DNA from: a virus | IMG/VR virus record: IMGVR_UViG_3300030104_005963 | Strand: one strand, 5' to 3' | Length of the DNA stretch: 64,000 nucleotides | Part shown: piece after piece, positions 1 through 9,923 of the stretch | Numbering within the stretch: position 1 is the first letter of the stretch | Layout: every line of letters starts with the position of its first letter | Made by a program: the position numbers and the translations under genes | The notes under the pieces: generated by a model | Told to the model about the DNA's origin: nothing | Seen by the model: the letters and a program-made list of their open reading frames with translations, nothing else | Databases searched by the model: none

Positions 1-855
1 TGGGATAATGTAGTAGTTACAGAAGTTGATGAAGATCGTAGTGTAAATGCAAATGGTCTCCATTCGTTTGGAACAATCACCAAGACTGCCGTTGCGACTG
101 GTGCAGAATTGGTTAGTTACAGTGGATTTAGTGCTAGTAATTACTTGAAACAACCATACAATTCTGATTTAGCACCAGGAACAGCAGCATACAGTGTGTC
201 TTGTTGGTTTAAAACTGGTACATCAAGTACTGATCAATACATATTTGATCGCAATGGTGGTGGTAGTAACAACAGTAGAAATCTTTTACTAATTATGAGT
301 AGTGGTGCTTCTGGCAGCTCTGCTAATAAATTTCAATTCTGGCATAGAGATGGCAGCGGAAATGTTTCTGATATACATGTAACAGATAAGGTAGTTACAG
401 ATAATATTTGGCATCAAGTTGTTGCAGTAAATGATGGTTCAACTTATAGGGTGTATGTTGATGGAGAAGTATCATCAGTTACCAATTCAGTTATACGAAA
501 TGTTGGTAATGATAATAGTCCTCCAATGTTTATTGGTATCAGACATAGTGCGGGATCAACATTTATAACAGGAAGTATGGCATTGTTTAGATATTCTAAG
601 TCAGCACCTTCACCAGAACAAATCAAGAAGATGTATGAGGATGAGAAACATCTCTTCCAAGAGAACGCTAAAGCAACCTTATATGGTTCTTCTGATGCTG
701 TAACTGCACTTGCATTTGATGATGACACTAATCTATTACATGTCGGAACATCAGCAGGACGCAGTGAATTCCAGGGACTACGCCGAATAAATAATACAAC
801 GGATGCAGTTACTACCGCTATATCAGCATCCAATGGACTTGTAGCGGAGCAATAA
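1..855 (+). CDS. Virion structural/tail-fibre protein, C-terminal part (LamG/ConA-like domain); 5'-truncated
   Basis: The frame is open from base 1 (WDNVVVTEVDEDRS...), so 109 is not the real start. LamG-like motifs SVSCWFK, WHQVVAV, VYVDGE and MALFRYS are present. Confidence 0.75.
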   Translation, partial: WDNVVVTEVDEDRSVNANGLHSFGTITKTAVATGAELVSYSGFSASNYLKQPYNSDLAPGTAAYSVSCWFKTGTSSTDQYIFDRNGGGSNNSRNLLLIMSSGASGSSANKFQFWHRDGSGNVSDIHVTDKVVTDNIWHQVVAVNDGSTYRVYVDGEVSSVTNSVIRNVGNDNSPPMFIGIRHSAGSTFITGSMALFRYSKSAPSPEQIKKMYEDEKHLFQENAKATLYGSSDAVTALAFDDDTNLLHVGTSAGRSEFQGLRRINNTTDAVTTAISASNGLVAEQ

Positions 856-858
856 TCA

Positions 859-1998
859 ATGACAGTCAGAGTTAATAAAGATAGTTTTAATCTGAGAGAG
901 AAACTCTCAGAACTTGAAAGACCTATTGGGTTAAAAGGTTCTGATTTGATGAGTGCTGATACGGCACAAGAGGCACGAGACTTTATTAGTGCTGGTCGTA
1001 AGAATTTGATGATTAATGGAAGTATGGCAGTAGCACAAAGGGGAACCTCTTTTACAATCACAAGTGATTCACCAGCAATTTATCCTGCTGATAGATATAG
1101 ATTTCATTTGGGTGGTCTCGGACTTAGTGCCACTGTGACTGCAACAAGAGAAACTAGTTCTGGTGTGCCCGGATTCCCAAATAGTATTAAAATTAGTAAT
1201 GCTGGAAATAACGCAGGAGCAAGTAATACTGATTCCTGGATCAGGTATATAATGGAAGTCGCAGACTACAATTTTATTGATTGGGTTAATACTAAAAAAA
1301 GTTTAACTTTATCTTTTTATGCAAGAACAAATAAACCAGGTCAGAGAAGTGTTTCAATTGTTTCTGGCAATTTTGGACAAAATCATTATGTTGCCACCTT
1401 TACTTTAGATACCGTAGATGTCTGGAAAAAAATAGAAATTACTGTTCCACCACCACCTGCTTTCCCAACATCTGGGGATTTGGGGATGAGACTTTATTGG
1501 CCTATGTCGATTGGGAGTACTTATAGCACCACTACTACAAATCAATGGATTACTGCTCCACCACCACCTTCTAGCGGTACTCCTTTTGCTGCTACTGGAG
1601 ATCAGAAAATCACTGGTGTTGATGGAGCAACATATGAAATGACTGGTGTTCAATTAGAAGTAGGCAAAAATGCCACTGACTTTGAACATCGTTCTATTGG
1701 TGAAGAACTTGCATTGTGTCAGAGGTATTATACTCAGGCTAATACATCGGGTGCTGGAAATCCACTATTGTATTTTATGCAATATAGTAATAGTTATAGA
1801 ATGCTTGTAGCTGATTTTCCAACTACAATGCGTGCCGCACCAAGTTTTCAAGTAACCATGGGAACTGGTGCTGATGGTACTGGATTGACTCAAAGTTATA
1901 ATACTTCTCCTCACCAAGGTAAGGCATATGTGAATGTGGCATCCACTTCTGCTAACGCTAGTTGGATTTGGAAATACACAGCAGATGCGGAACTATAA
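859..1998 (+). CDS. Tail-fibre-associated virion protein (jelly-roll domain)
   Basis: 379 aa with GRKNLMINGSMAVAQRG and TGVQLEVG...TDFEHRSIGEELALCQRYY, motifs typical of phage tail-fibre proteins. Confidence 0.7.
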   Translation: MTVRVNKDSFNLREKLSELERPIGLKGSDLMSADTAQEARDFISAGRKNLMINGSMAVAQRGTSFTITSDSPAIYPADRYRFHLGGLGLSATVTATRETSSGVPGFPNSIKISNAGNNAGASNTDSWIRYIMEVADYNFIDWVNTKKSLTLSFYARTNKPGQRSVSIVSGNFGQNHYVATFTLDTVDVWKKIEITVPPPPAFPTSGDLGMRLYWPMSIGSTYSTTTTNQWITAPPPPSSGTPFAATGDQKITGVDGATYEMTGVQLEVGKNATDFEHRSIGEELALCQRYYTQANTSGAGNPLLYFMQYSNSYRMLVADFPTTMRAAPSFQVTMGTGADGTGLTQSYNTSPHQGKAYVNVASTSANASWIWKYTADAEL

Positions 1999-2000
1999 AA

Positions 2001-2501
2001 ATGTACAAATTAACTACTTTGCCAGAACTTGAATTAGTATCTGGAATATCTAAAGGAAATACTTTTATTCCTATAGATGAAGGAAACAGAGACTACCAAC
2101 AATTCATTCAAGATGTTGCCGAACAAGGCATTGGGATTGTAGAAGGTCCAGATGTAGTTGAACCTTCTTATGCAGAACTTAGAATGAAAGAGTATCCATC
2201 TCGTGAAGAACAATTTGATATGATGTACTGGGATAAAGTCAATGGAACCACAGTATGGGAAGATACTATTCAGGCAGTTAAAGATAAGTATCCCAAAACA
2301 ATCACAGGTGGAACTACTATTGCATCGGTTCCCACTTGGGTTCAAGAAGCAGCAGACAATTGGACCTATAATAAACAACTTAGAGAATATGTTAATGCTG
2401 TTGTAACACTTGAATCAGATCCGGATGAAGAAACTCGTGCGGCAGCGCAGGCAATAATTGATTCCACACCAAATTCAATAGTTGATTCGATAAATAACTA
2501 A
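2001..2501 (+). CDS. Tail-fibre assembly-like protein
   Basis: The likely start is ATG 2001, just after the upstream stop. Contains IPIDEGNRDYQQF and YAELRMKEYPSREEQFDMMYWD...VKDKYPK. Confidence 0.6.
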   Translation: MYKLTTLPELELVSGISKGNTFIPIDEGNRDYQQFIQDVAEQGIGIVEGPDVVEPSYAELRMKEYPSREEQFDMMYWDKVNGTTVWEDTIQAVKDKYPKTITGGTTIASVPTWVQEAADNWTYNKQLREYVNAVVTLESDPDEETRAAAQAIIDSTPNSIVDSINN

Positions 2502-2515
2502 TAAAGAACTGAGAA

Positions 2516-4261
2516 ATGGCAGTAGGCAATCCAATATCACTTACAGATAATGTTGCATCGAGAATTGTTTCTCAGACTGCGACGGCATCTCAAACGGATT
2601 TTACTATCTCTGGTGGATATAGACTCAATGCAATAAGTGTATATCGTAATGGTGTCAGACTTGTAAGTGGTAGAGATTATAGTGCCGCTGATGGTTCGAC
2701 TGTAGTATTGCTGTCTCCGGCAACTGTATCTGATTCTCTTGAGTTCCATATTTTTGATGACTTTCGTGTTGCTGATGCTATTGTATCAAATGCATCTCAA
2801 CAAAATATTGAAGGAAATATAACGATTACTGGTAATATTGATGCAACTAATGCACAATTACAATCATTAACAGTCACCAATGATGTAAGTATTGGTGGAA
2901 CACTAACATATGAGGATGTAAAAAATATTGATTCTGTCGGAGTTATTACTGCAAGAACCGATGTTCATGTCGGTGCAGGTTTATCCGTAGTAGGAATATC
3001 TACTTTAGGATCTTTGCAAGTTATTGGAACATGTACATTTAATGGTAATATAGATCTTGGTAATGCTTCTAGTGATACAATTACTGCCACGGGTAGATTT
3101 GATAGTGATTTAATTCCATCTGCCGATGATGAAAAAGATCTTGGAAGTTCCGCTCTTGAATGGAGAAATTTATATCTAGATGGAACGGCAAATATTGATA
3201 CTCTATCCATATCTGGTATCTCTACATTTACTGGCGATGTATTCATAGCAGACAAAATTGTTCATACTGGTGATACAAATACTGCCATTAGATTCCCTGC
3301 TGCCGATACAATTACTGCAGAAACTGGTGGAACAGAAAGACTTCGTATAACTTCTGCTGGTAATACTGGTATCGGAACTGCTAATCCAGTAGGAAATCTT
3401 GAGGTTAGAGATAGTAAAGCAAACTTAATCGTTGCAAAAGATGGTTTAACAGTCAAATCAAACTCTGATTTGCACACCACATACGATATGTTGCAAATTG
3501 GTGCTGGTGGTGCATTAGCAAGTTATAGCACCGCAACTGCAACAGCAGATACTCAACTTGTACATAATGCTTACAGACATTCTGGAGGCACTTTTAAGTA
3601 TAGGTATGCAGATACTGCTATGAGACTCAGGATGAATAGTCCTGGCGGTACATTTATATTTGAGAGTGCAGCAAGTGGTAGTGCAAATGCAGATATAACT
3701 TTTTCAGAAAAACTTCGTATAACTTCTGCAGGTCTGGTTGGTATCGGAACTAATAATCCAGAAGAAATTTTACATATTTTAGGTCCAACTGAAACAATTT
3801 CTAGCCGTGATGGTGTTACTTTACAACACTCTACTGCAACAGCAGATGCTGATAATGGACTACCTCTTGTTTGGTCTGGATACGTAGGTTCTGGTTCAGG
3901 ACTTCAAAACTATGGTCTTGCGTCAATTTGTGGAAGAAAAGAAAACTCAAATGCCGATGATGGTGCTGCATATTTACAATTTGGAATTGGCAGAGCTTCT
4001 GGTGCAATTATAGAAAGACTTCGTATCAATTCAGGTGGTAAAGTTGGTATAGGAACCACTAATCCAGCAGTATCACTTGACTTAGCAAGTAACACTGATG
4101 CTCTTTCACTTCCAACGGGTACAACTGCTCAAAGACCATCTGGCACCGACGCATATATAAGAAAGAATAGTACCAATAATGCCTTAGAGTTTTATAATGG
4201 TACGGAATGGGTAGAAATCATTACTGATTACTTCCCAACTGGTTCCACTACGTTAGGTTGA
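2516..4261 (+). CDS. Tail-fibre-like virion protein
   Basis: 581 aa, G/T/S/N-rich, with a GTLTYEDVKNIDSVGVITART motif and three ERLRI-type repeats each followed by G.IGT.NP. Confidence 0.75.
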   Translation: MAVGNPISLTDNVASRIVSQTATASQTDFTISGGYRLNAISVYRNGVRLVSGRDYSAADGSTVVLLSPATVSDSLEFHIFDDFRVADAIVSNASQQNIEGNITITGNIDATNAQLQSLTVTNDVSIGGTLTYEDVKNIDSVGVITARTDVHVGAGLSVVGISTLGSLQVIGTCTFNGNIDLGNASSDTITATGRFDSDLIPSADDEKDLGSSALEWRNLYLDGTANIDTLSISGISTFTGDVFIADKIVHTGDTNTAIRFPAADTITAETGGTERLRITSAGNTGIGTANPVGNLEVRDSKANLIVAKDGLTVKSNSDLHTTYDMLQIGAGGALASYSTATATADTQLVHNAYRHSGGTFKYRYADTAMRLRMNSPGGTFIFESAASGSANADITFSEKLRITSAGLVGIGTNNPEEILHILGPTETISSRDGVTLQHSTATADADNGLPLVWSGYVGSGSGLQNYGLASICGRKENSNADDGAAYLQFGIGRASGAIIERLRINSGGKVGIGTTNPAVSLDLASNTDALSLPTGTTAQRPSGTDAYIRKNSTNNALEFYNGTEWVEIITDYFPTGSTTLG

Positions 4262-7200
4262 GGTAAGAAATAATGGCAAACGAATATTTAAAGAGAACTC
4301 CTACCAGTAGTGGTAATCGTAGTGTATTTACTTGGAGTGGATGGGTAAAAAGAAATAACATCAATCAAGATTACTATCTTTTTTCAAGTGGAGATGATGC
4401 GAATAATATTTTTTATGTATCTATAAGAAGAGATGCTAACAATAACAATCTTACAGTGTTGTTTAGGGATGGTGATACAACCTCACACACATTAGTTTTC
4501 AACAACAATTCATTTAGAGATCCTGCATCTTGGATGCATCTTTTTGTTGCTGTAGACACTACAATTGTTGATTCAAAATCCGATAGATGTAAAGTTTATA
4601 TAAACGGAAAAAGACTTACTGGATGGACAACTGATCAACTAGCTAATATAACTCAAAATGGTGCTACACCAACTAATGCACAAGGAGAACTACACACGAT
4701 TGGAGAATATAGTGTAACTAGTGGATCGTATTCAGATATGCAAATATTTGATTACTTTCTTATAGACGGTCAAGCACTCACACCAGATGTGTTTGGTTTC
4801 TATAAAGACGGAGACGGTTATATGTCTTCTGGAACTGCAAACGCAACTGATTTCAAACCAGGTCAGTGGATGCCACATGCACCAAGGGTCATCAAAAAAT
4901 CTATTGAGAGAAGTGGTGGATTTGGTGTCAATGGTTTCTATCTGCCTATGAATGATAGTTCCAATCCTGGTGCTGACTTCCACTGTGATCCTAATAGTAT
5001 TATCAAACTGAAAGGAGAAGACTTACCACAACCACGTAATGGTGCTCCTACAACTTCTGATGCTTTTGTTAGTCAGTTGAGACAAGAAACAGGAGAACTT
5101 GGTTTTGATGGTGTTGTTAAATTTGATGGAAGTGGGGATTACTTAGAAATTCCTGATAGTGATGATTTTGATTTTGGATCTGGTGATTTTACTGTAGAAG
5201 CATTTGTAGAGGGCGCTAGAGGTGGAGGCCGAACAGGAAGTGTGGTTCTCAGTCAATCTATTGGTGGTGCTGCATCCAATTCTGCTTTTTATTTTGGTGC
5301 AGGAACTGACGGAACATCTTTGTATCTTTCTACTTCTGGAAGTAGTTGGACTAATTTTGTTGAATGTAGCACCTCTTCTACACTCCATAATAATGGATTT
5401 CATCATGTAGTATGGCAGAGAAGAAGTAATACTCTAGAAATATATGTTGATGGAATTCTACAACCAGTAACGGGTGGAAATGCTTCTTTTACTGGAACTA
5501 TATTTAATTCTTCAAGAGTAGTGGATGTTGGTAGACAATCAACATCTGGAAGTAATTTTAATGGTTTTATCTCCAATCTCCGTGTTGTCAAAGGTACAGC
5601 AGTATATACTGGAAACTTTACACCACCAACAGAACCACTCACAAATGTAACCAACACAAAACTCCTGTGCTGTAACTCATCAACTTCTGCAACAGCAGCA
5701 ACAGTTACACCTGGAACAATTACTGCGAATGGTGATGTCTTTGCAACCAGAAATGAACTGACTGGTTCTATTGTTCTTGCTGTTCCTGGTATATTAGATG
5801 AGACAAATAACCTTATAACTAATGGATCTTTCGATTCAAATACTTCTGGGTGGACCGTTATTGGAGGAGCATCTGCTACTGTTAATTCTGGTCAAGGTCA
5901 ATTAACAAACAATGGAACTAATAATAGTTCCTTAGACCAAACTATAACAACTGTAGTAGGTCGCAATTATCTAGTAACTGCTCTTATAACCCCACAGGGT
6001 GGTGGTCCACTTCCACGTTTGTATGCTGCTGGTACTTTTAGTTCAGTAGCATCTAATGCTAATGTCCAACAATTTGTATCTGTAGTACGTACTGCAACTT
6101 CAACATCAACAACCATTTCAATTAATGCTAATACAAATGTAAATAATGCAGTAACATTAATTGATGATGTAAAAGTATTTGATCTTAACCCAGTAGATTA
6201 CTCTGCTGATATCAGAGGAAGTGGAACTAATAAAACAGTTCAAGCATCACTTGGGTCAGGTGGTGTGGATCGTGAACTTGGTGGATATTATGGAAGTGCT
6301 ATCAATGCTAATGATAATAACTGTGGTCACGCATTTTCTGGAGCCGATGGTGCTTTTATTTGTCCAGGTGATTTTACAGTTGAATTCTGGTTAGATCCAG
6401 TAGTAGCAACGCAACCAATAGGAAACCCAAGAATACTTGGGCAAACAAATAATAGTGGTGGTAAGTGGGATATCTATATTGATAGCACTACCTCAACCAA
6501 TCGAATTTATACAATGGGAGGGGCAGTTGCTCTTACGGGAGGAAATGGTCCAGGTTTTGGAAACTTTGTTCCAGGACAATGGAATCATTTTTGTCTTGAA
6601 AGATCTGGAAGCATAATGACAACTTACATGAATGGAGTTGCTGTCTATACTCAAACATATACTAATACTATTGGCACCACTGATTTTCTATATCTTGGTT
6701 CTTATGGAGATCAAACTAATGCTCCTGGTTATGGTATTACAGGTAAAATTATGGACTTCCGTTTCTACAAAGGTCTAGCAAAATACAAGGGTGGTTTTGA
6801 TGTTCCCAAACCTTACACACCAGTAGGTATTGAGGCATTTAGAACAACTGCTGATACTTGTAAGAATAACTTTGCTACTTTAAATCCACTGGTTGGTGCA
6901 GGGATTGCAGCAAACGATAATGCTGCTGTTTTGAAGGATGGAAATTTATATTATGATAATGCTAACCAATCTTGGACAACTTCAACTATTGGAGTTTCTT
7001 CTGGAAAATATTATGCAGAATTTATGGTGGTTGGTGGGACTCTAGGTGGTAATCTTGGTGTCTGTGGTGATAATCGCCATGGCAGAAACAATCAACAATA
7101 TCATGCTGCTAGTGGAATTTCTTATATAAGATTGGCATCTACTTCTGTTACTAAAGATTACAATGCTACTAGTGTTACAGAGACAGCAGGAGATGCCCCT

Positions 7201-9923
7201 TTGTCTTTTGAGAGTGGTGCTATTGTAGGTATTACAATTGATTATGATAATAAACAAATTAAATATTATAAAAATGGGACTTTGATTCGTACTGATAGCA
7301 CCCCAGCATCATATACTCCTGTGGATTTTGCTTTCTATTTTCTTGCATTTAGAACAAATGATGGTGCCAGTGGAGCAAACTGGTCTGATGTAATAGCAAA
7401 CTTCGGTCAAAACCCAACCTTCTCTGGAACTACAACAGCAGGAACCAATGCAGATAGTAATGGTAAGGGACTGTTTAAGTATGCTGTGCCATCCGGTTTC
7501 CTAGCATTATGTGAGGACAACTTACCTGCTCCTGCTATTGCTGATCCTGGTGATAATTTTAAGTGTGTGCTTTGGACTGGTGATGGTAATAGTGGTAGAG
7601 GTATTACTGGTGTTGGATTCAAACCAGATTTTGTTTGGATTAAACGAAGAGATGGTTCATCTGATTATGTGCTCCAAGATTCTGTAAGAGGATTTGGTTC
7701 AGGAACTAAATTAGCATCTTCATCTACCAACACAGAAAGTTTAGTTAATAATGGTGCCACAGATCCAAAATGGGGATATGTAAATTCTACAAGTAATAAT
7801 GGATTTAGTTTGGCAGTATCGACAAATGGAGATCAAGTTAATTTATCAGGAAGTCCTTATGTTGCCTGGTGTTGGAAAGCAGGTGGTGCCGCAGTAACAA
7901 ACCATAATGGTAGTATCACATCACAGGTGAGTGCTAATCAAGATGCTGGGTTTAGTATTGCTACTTATTCTGGTAGCACGGGAAATTACACCTTTGGGCA
8001 TGGTTTGGGAATTGCTCCAAAATTTGTTATAATTAAGAATAGATCTGTTTCTTCTACTCCTTGGTTTATAATCACAAACGCAACGGGTAGTTGGCAATAT
8101 GGAAATATGTCCTCAACTTGGGGAGGATCTGCTGCTCAATCAACCAATTCTAGTGTTATTAATCTTGCCAACAATGCATATAACTGGTTCAACCAAAGTG
8201 GTAATGATTATGTCGCTTATTCTTGGGCAGAAGTAGAAGGATATAGTAAGATTGGATCTTATGTTGGAAATGCGAGTGCTGATGGACCATTTGTATATTG
8301 TGGATTCAAACCGGCATGGATATTAATTAAATGGATAGATGGATCAGCTTCTTGGGTGCTACATGATTCTTCAAGAACATCTACAAACCCATCTTCATTA
8401 GCATTAGTACCAGATGGTAATGGTGCTGAATTAGATGCTTCATCTCTACATATTGATTTTCTAAGTAATGGATTTAAAATTAGAAATACAAATGCTTCGT
8501 ATAATAATGCATCAACTTACGTCTTTATGGCATTTGCTGAGTCACCATTCCAGACTGCTAATGCTAAATAATTAGAAAGTTATAGTATAAAGATATAGGA
8601 AATGGCAGTTACCCAATCTACGAATCTTGCAGATTTTTCCAGTGGTGTAGACACTAGTGGTAATACAATCAACGTTGGAACTGCTCTCACATTAGGTCAT
8701 ACTCAAGGAGTACAGTTTCATACTCAACATTTACATGCAACAGGTTTTGAAGTTAATAATATTAATGCCTCTGGTATTATTACTGCCTCTTCTGCAAACT
8801 TCAATGGTAATGTCTCTATTGCTGGAACATTGACCTATGAAGACGTAACTAATATTGATTCTGTAGGTCTTATAACAGCAAGAACAGGAATAAAAGTTCT
8901 TAATTCTGGTGGAGTTCAAGTAGCAACTGGTGCAACAATTAATGGAACAACAAATACAATTACAGCACTGACAAATGGTAGTGAAAGACTTCGTATAACT
9001 TCTGCTGGGAATTTTGGGATTGGTGACACAAACCCTGACTTTAATCTTGTAGTCAAAAGTAGTACAAATACAAACGCTAACATTCTTGCCGTTAAAGATT
9101 CTGACGGAATAAAAATGGTATCAGTTGAGCAAGACTCCAACGGCAATGGAAGGTTGTTCGTACGAGATACATCCGGCAATCCAGATGTATTACTACATAC
9201 CAATGGCAATAGTTACTTTAATGGTGGAAATGTTGGTGTAGGAACTGATAATCCTGCTCTTAAACTTCACGTTGAAGATTCTGGTTCTCAAATAATTAGA
9301 TTTGCAAGAACAGGTATTGGAGCTGGAAGTCTTGATATTGATGGAGATGGTAATGCTGTATTCAATTCTCATACAACTAATGCCGATGTAATATTCCACA
9401 CACAAACAAACGAAAGACTTCGTATAACTTCTGGTGGTGAATTGGTATCAACTAATGGCACACTAAGAAGAAATGTAAGTGATAGTTCATTTACAGTTAG
9501 TGGTGATAGTGCATCTAATACTGGAGCAAATATCAATCTCTATGGTGCTAGTCATAGCAGTCTTGCAAGTGTATTCAGAGTAAGAACAGGATCAACAGAA
9601 AGACTTCGTATAACTTCTGATGGTACAATTCTTGCCGGTGGTCAATCTAGTAGTTATGACGGTGGATTTGTAAACCTTGAGTTAAGAAAAGATTCAAATA
9701 CTGTTGGCGGCAGTATGACTCTTATCAATGACACAGCATCACAAGCAGGTGCAACTTGTGAAATTGATTGTTACCAAAACTTTAGAGGTGCTGGTAAGAT
9801 TGTCTTTGGTAGAGAGAATGCCAACAACTGGCAATCATCTGCTGGTGGTGCTGCTTCTTTCCTTGCATTCCATACAAATAATGCAGGAACAATTGCAGAA
9901 AGACTTCGTATAACTTCTGCTGG
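3335..9923 (+). repeat. Dispersed 22-nt repeat GAAAGACTTCGTATAACTTCTG (encodes ERLRITS)
   Basis: Exact copies at 3335, 8983, 9412, 9598 and 9898; variants at 3707 (GAAAAACTTCGTATAACTTCTG) and 4013 (GAAAGACTTCGTATCAATTC). Confidence 0.95.
4273..8571 (+). CDS. Large virion structural protein with LamG and SPRY-like domains
   Basis: 1432 aa with several LamG-like units (FTWSGWVKR, FTVEAFV, FTVEFWL, WNHFCLER) and an SPRY-like unit (SSGKYYAEF...GAIVGITIDYDNKQIKYYKNG). Confidence 0.8.
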   Translation: MANEYLKRTPTSSGNRSVFTWSGWVKRNNINQDYYLFSSGDDANNIFYVSIRRDANNNNLTVLFRDGDTTSHTLVFNNNSFRDPASWMHLFVAVDTTIVDSKSDRCKVYINGKRLTGWTTDQLANITQNGATPTNAQGELHTIGEYSVTSGSYSDMQIFDYFLIDGQALTPDVFGFYKDGDGYMSSGTANATDFKPGQWMPHAPRVIKKSIERSGGFGVNGFYLPMNDSSNPGADFHCDPNSIIKLKGEDLPQPRNGAPTTSDAFVSQLRQETGELGFDGVVKFDGSGDYLEIPDSDDFDFGSGDFTVEAFVEGARGGGRTGSVVLSQSIGGAASNSAFYFGAGTDGTSLYLSTSGSSWTNFVECSTSSTLHNNGFHHVVWQRRSNTLEIYVDGILQPVTGGNASFTGTIFNSSRVVDVGRQSTSGSNFNGFISNLRVVKGTAVYTGNFTPPTEPLTNVTNTKLLCCNSSTSATAATVTPGTITANGDVFATRNELTGSIVLAVPGILDETNNLITNGSFDSNTSGWTVIGGASATVNSGQGQLTNNGTNNSSLDQTITTVVGRNYLVTALITPQGGGPLPRLYAAGTFSSVASNANVQQFVSVVRTATSTSTTISINANTNVNNAVTLIDDVKVFDLNPVDYSADIRGSGTNKTVQASLGSGGVDRELGGYYGSAINANDNNCGHAFSGADGAFICPGDFTVEFWLDPVVATQPIGNPRILGQTNNSGGKWDIYIDSTTSTNRIYTMGGAVALTGGNGPGFGNFVPGQWNHFCLERSGSIMTTYMNGVAVYTQTYTNTIGTTDFLYLGSYGDQTNAPGYGITGKIMDFRFYKGLAKYKGGFDVPKPYTPVGIEAFRTTADTCKNNFATLNPLVGAGIAANDNAAVLKDGNLYYDNANQSWTTSTIGVSSGKYYAEFMVVGGTLGGNLGVCGDNRHGRNNQQYHAASGISYIRLASTSVTKDYNATSVTETAGDAPLSFESGAIVGITIDYDNKQIKYYKNGTLIRTDSTPASYTPVDFAFYFLAFRTNDGASGANWSDVIANFGQNPTFSGTTTAGTNADSNGKGLFKYAVPSGFLALCEDNLPAPAIADPGDNFKCVLWTGDGNSGRGITGVGFKPDFVWIKRRDGSSDYVLQDSVRGFGSGTKLASSSTNTESLVNNGATDPKWGYVNSTSNNGFSLAVSTNGDQVNLSGSPYVAWCWKAGGAAVTNHNGSITSQVSANQDAGFSIATYSGSTGNYTFGHGLGIAPKFVIIKNRSVSSTPWFIITNATGSWQYGNMSSTWGGSAAQSTNSSVINLANNAYNWFNQSGNDYVAYSWAEVEGYSKIGSYVGNASADGPFVYCGFKPAWILIKWIDGSASWVLHDSSRTSTNPSSLALVPDGNGAELDASSLHIDFLSNGFKIRNTNASYNNASTYVFMAFAESPFQTANAK

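Noticed and set aside
3335-3360. ACTTCGTATA in the ERLRITS repeat matches 10 of 13 nt of a loxP arm
   Set aside because: There is only one arm, with no inverted partner at 8-nt spacing and no tyrosine recombinase in the window; treated as coincidence.
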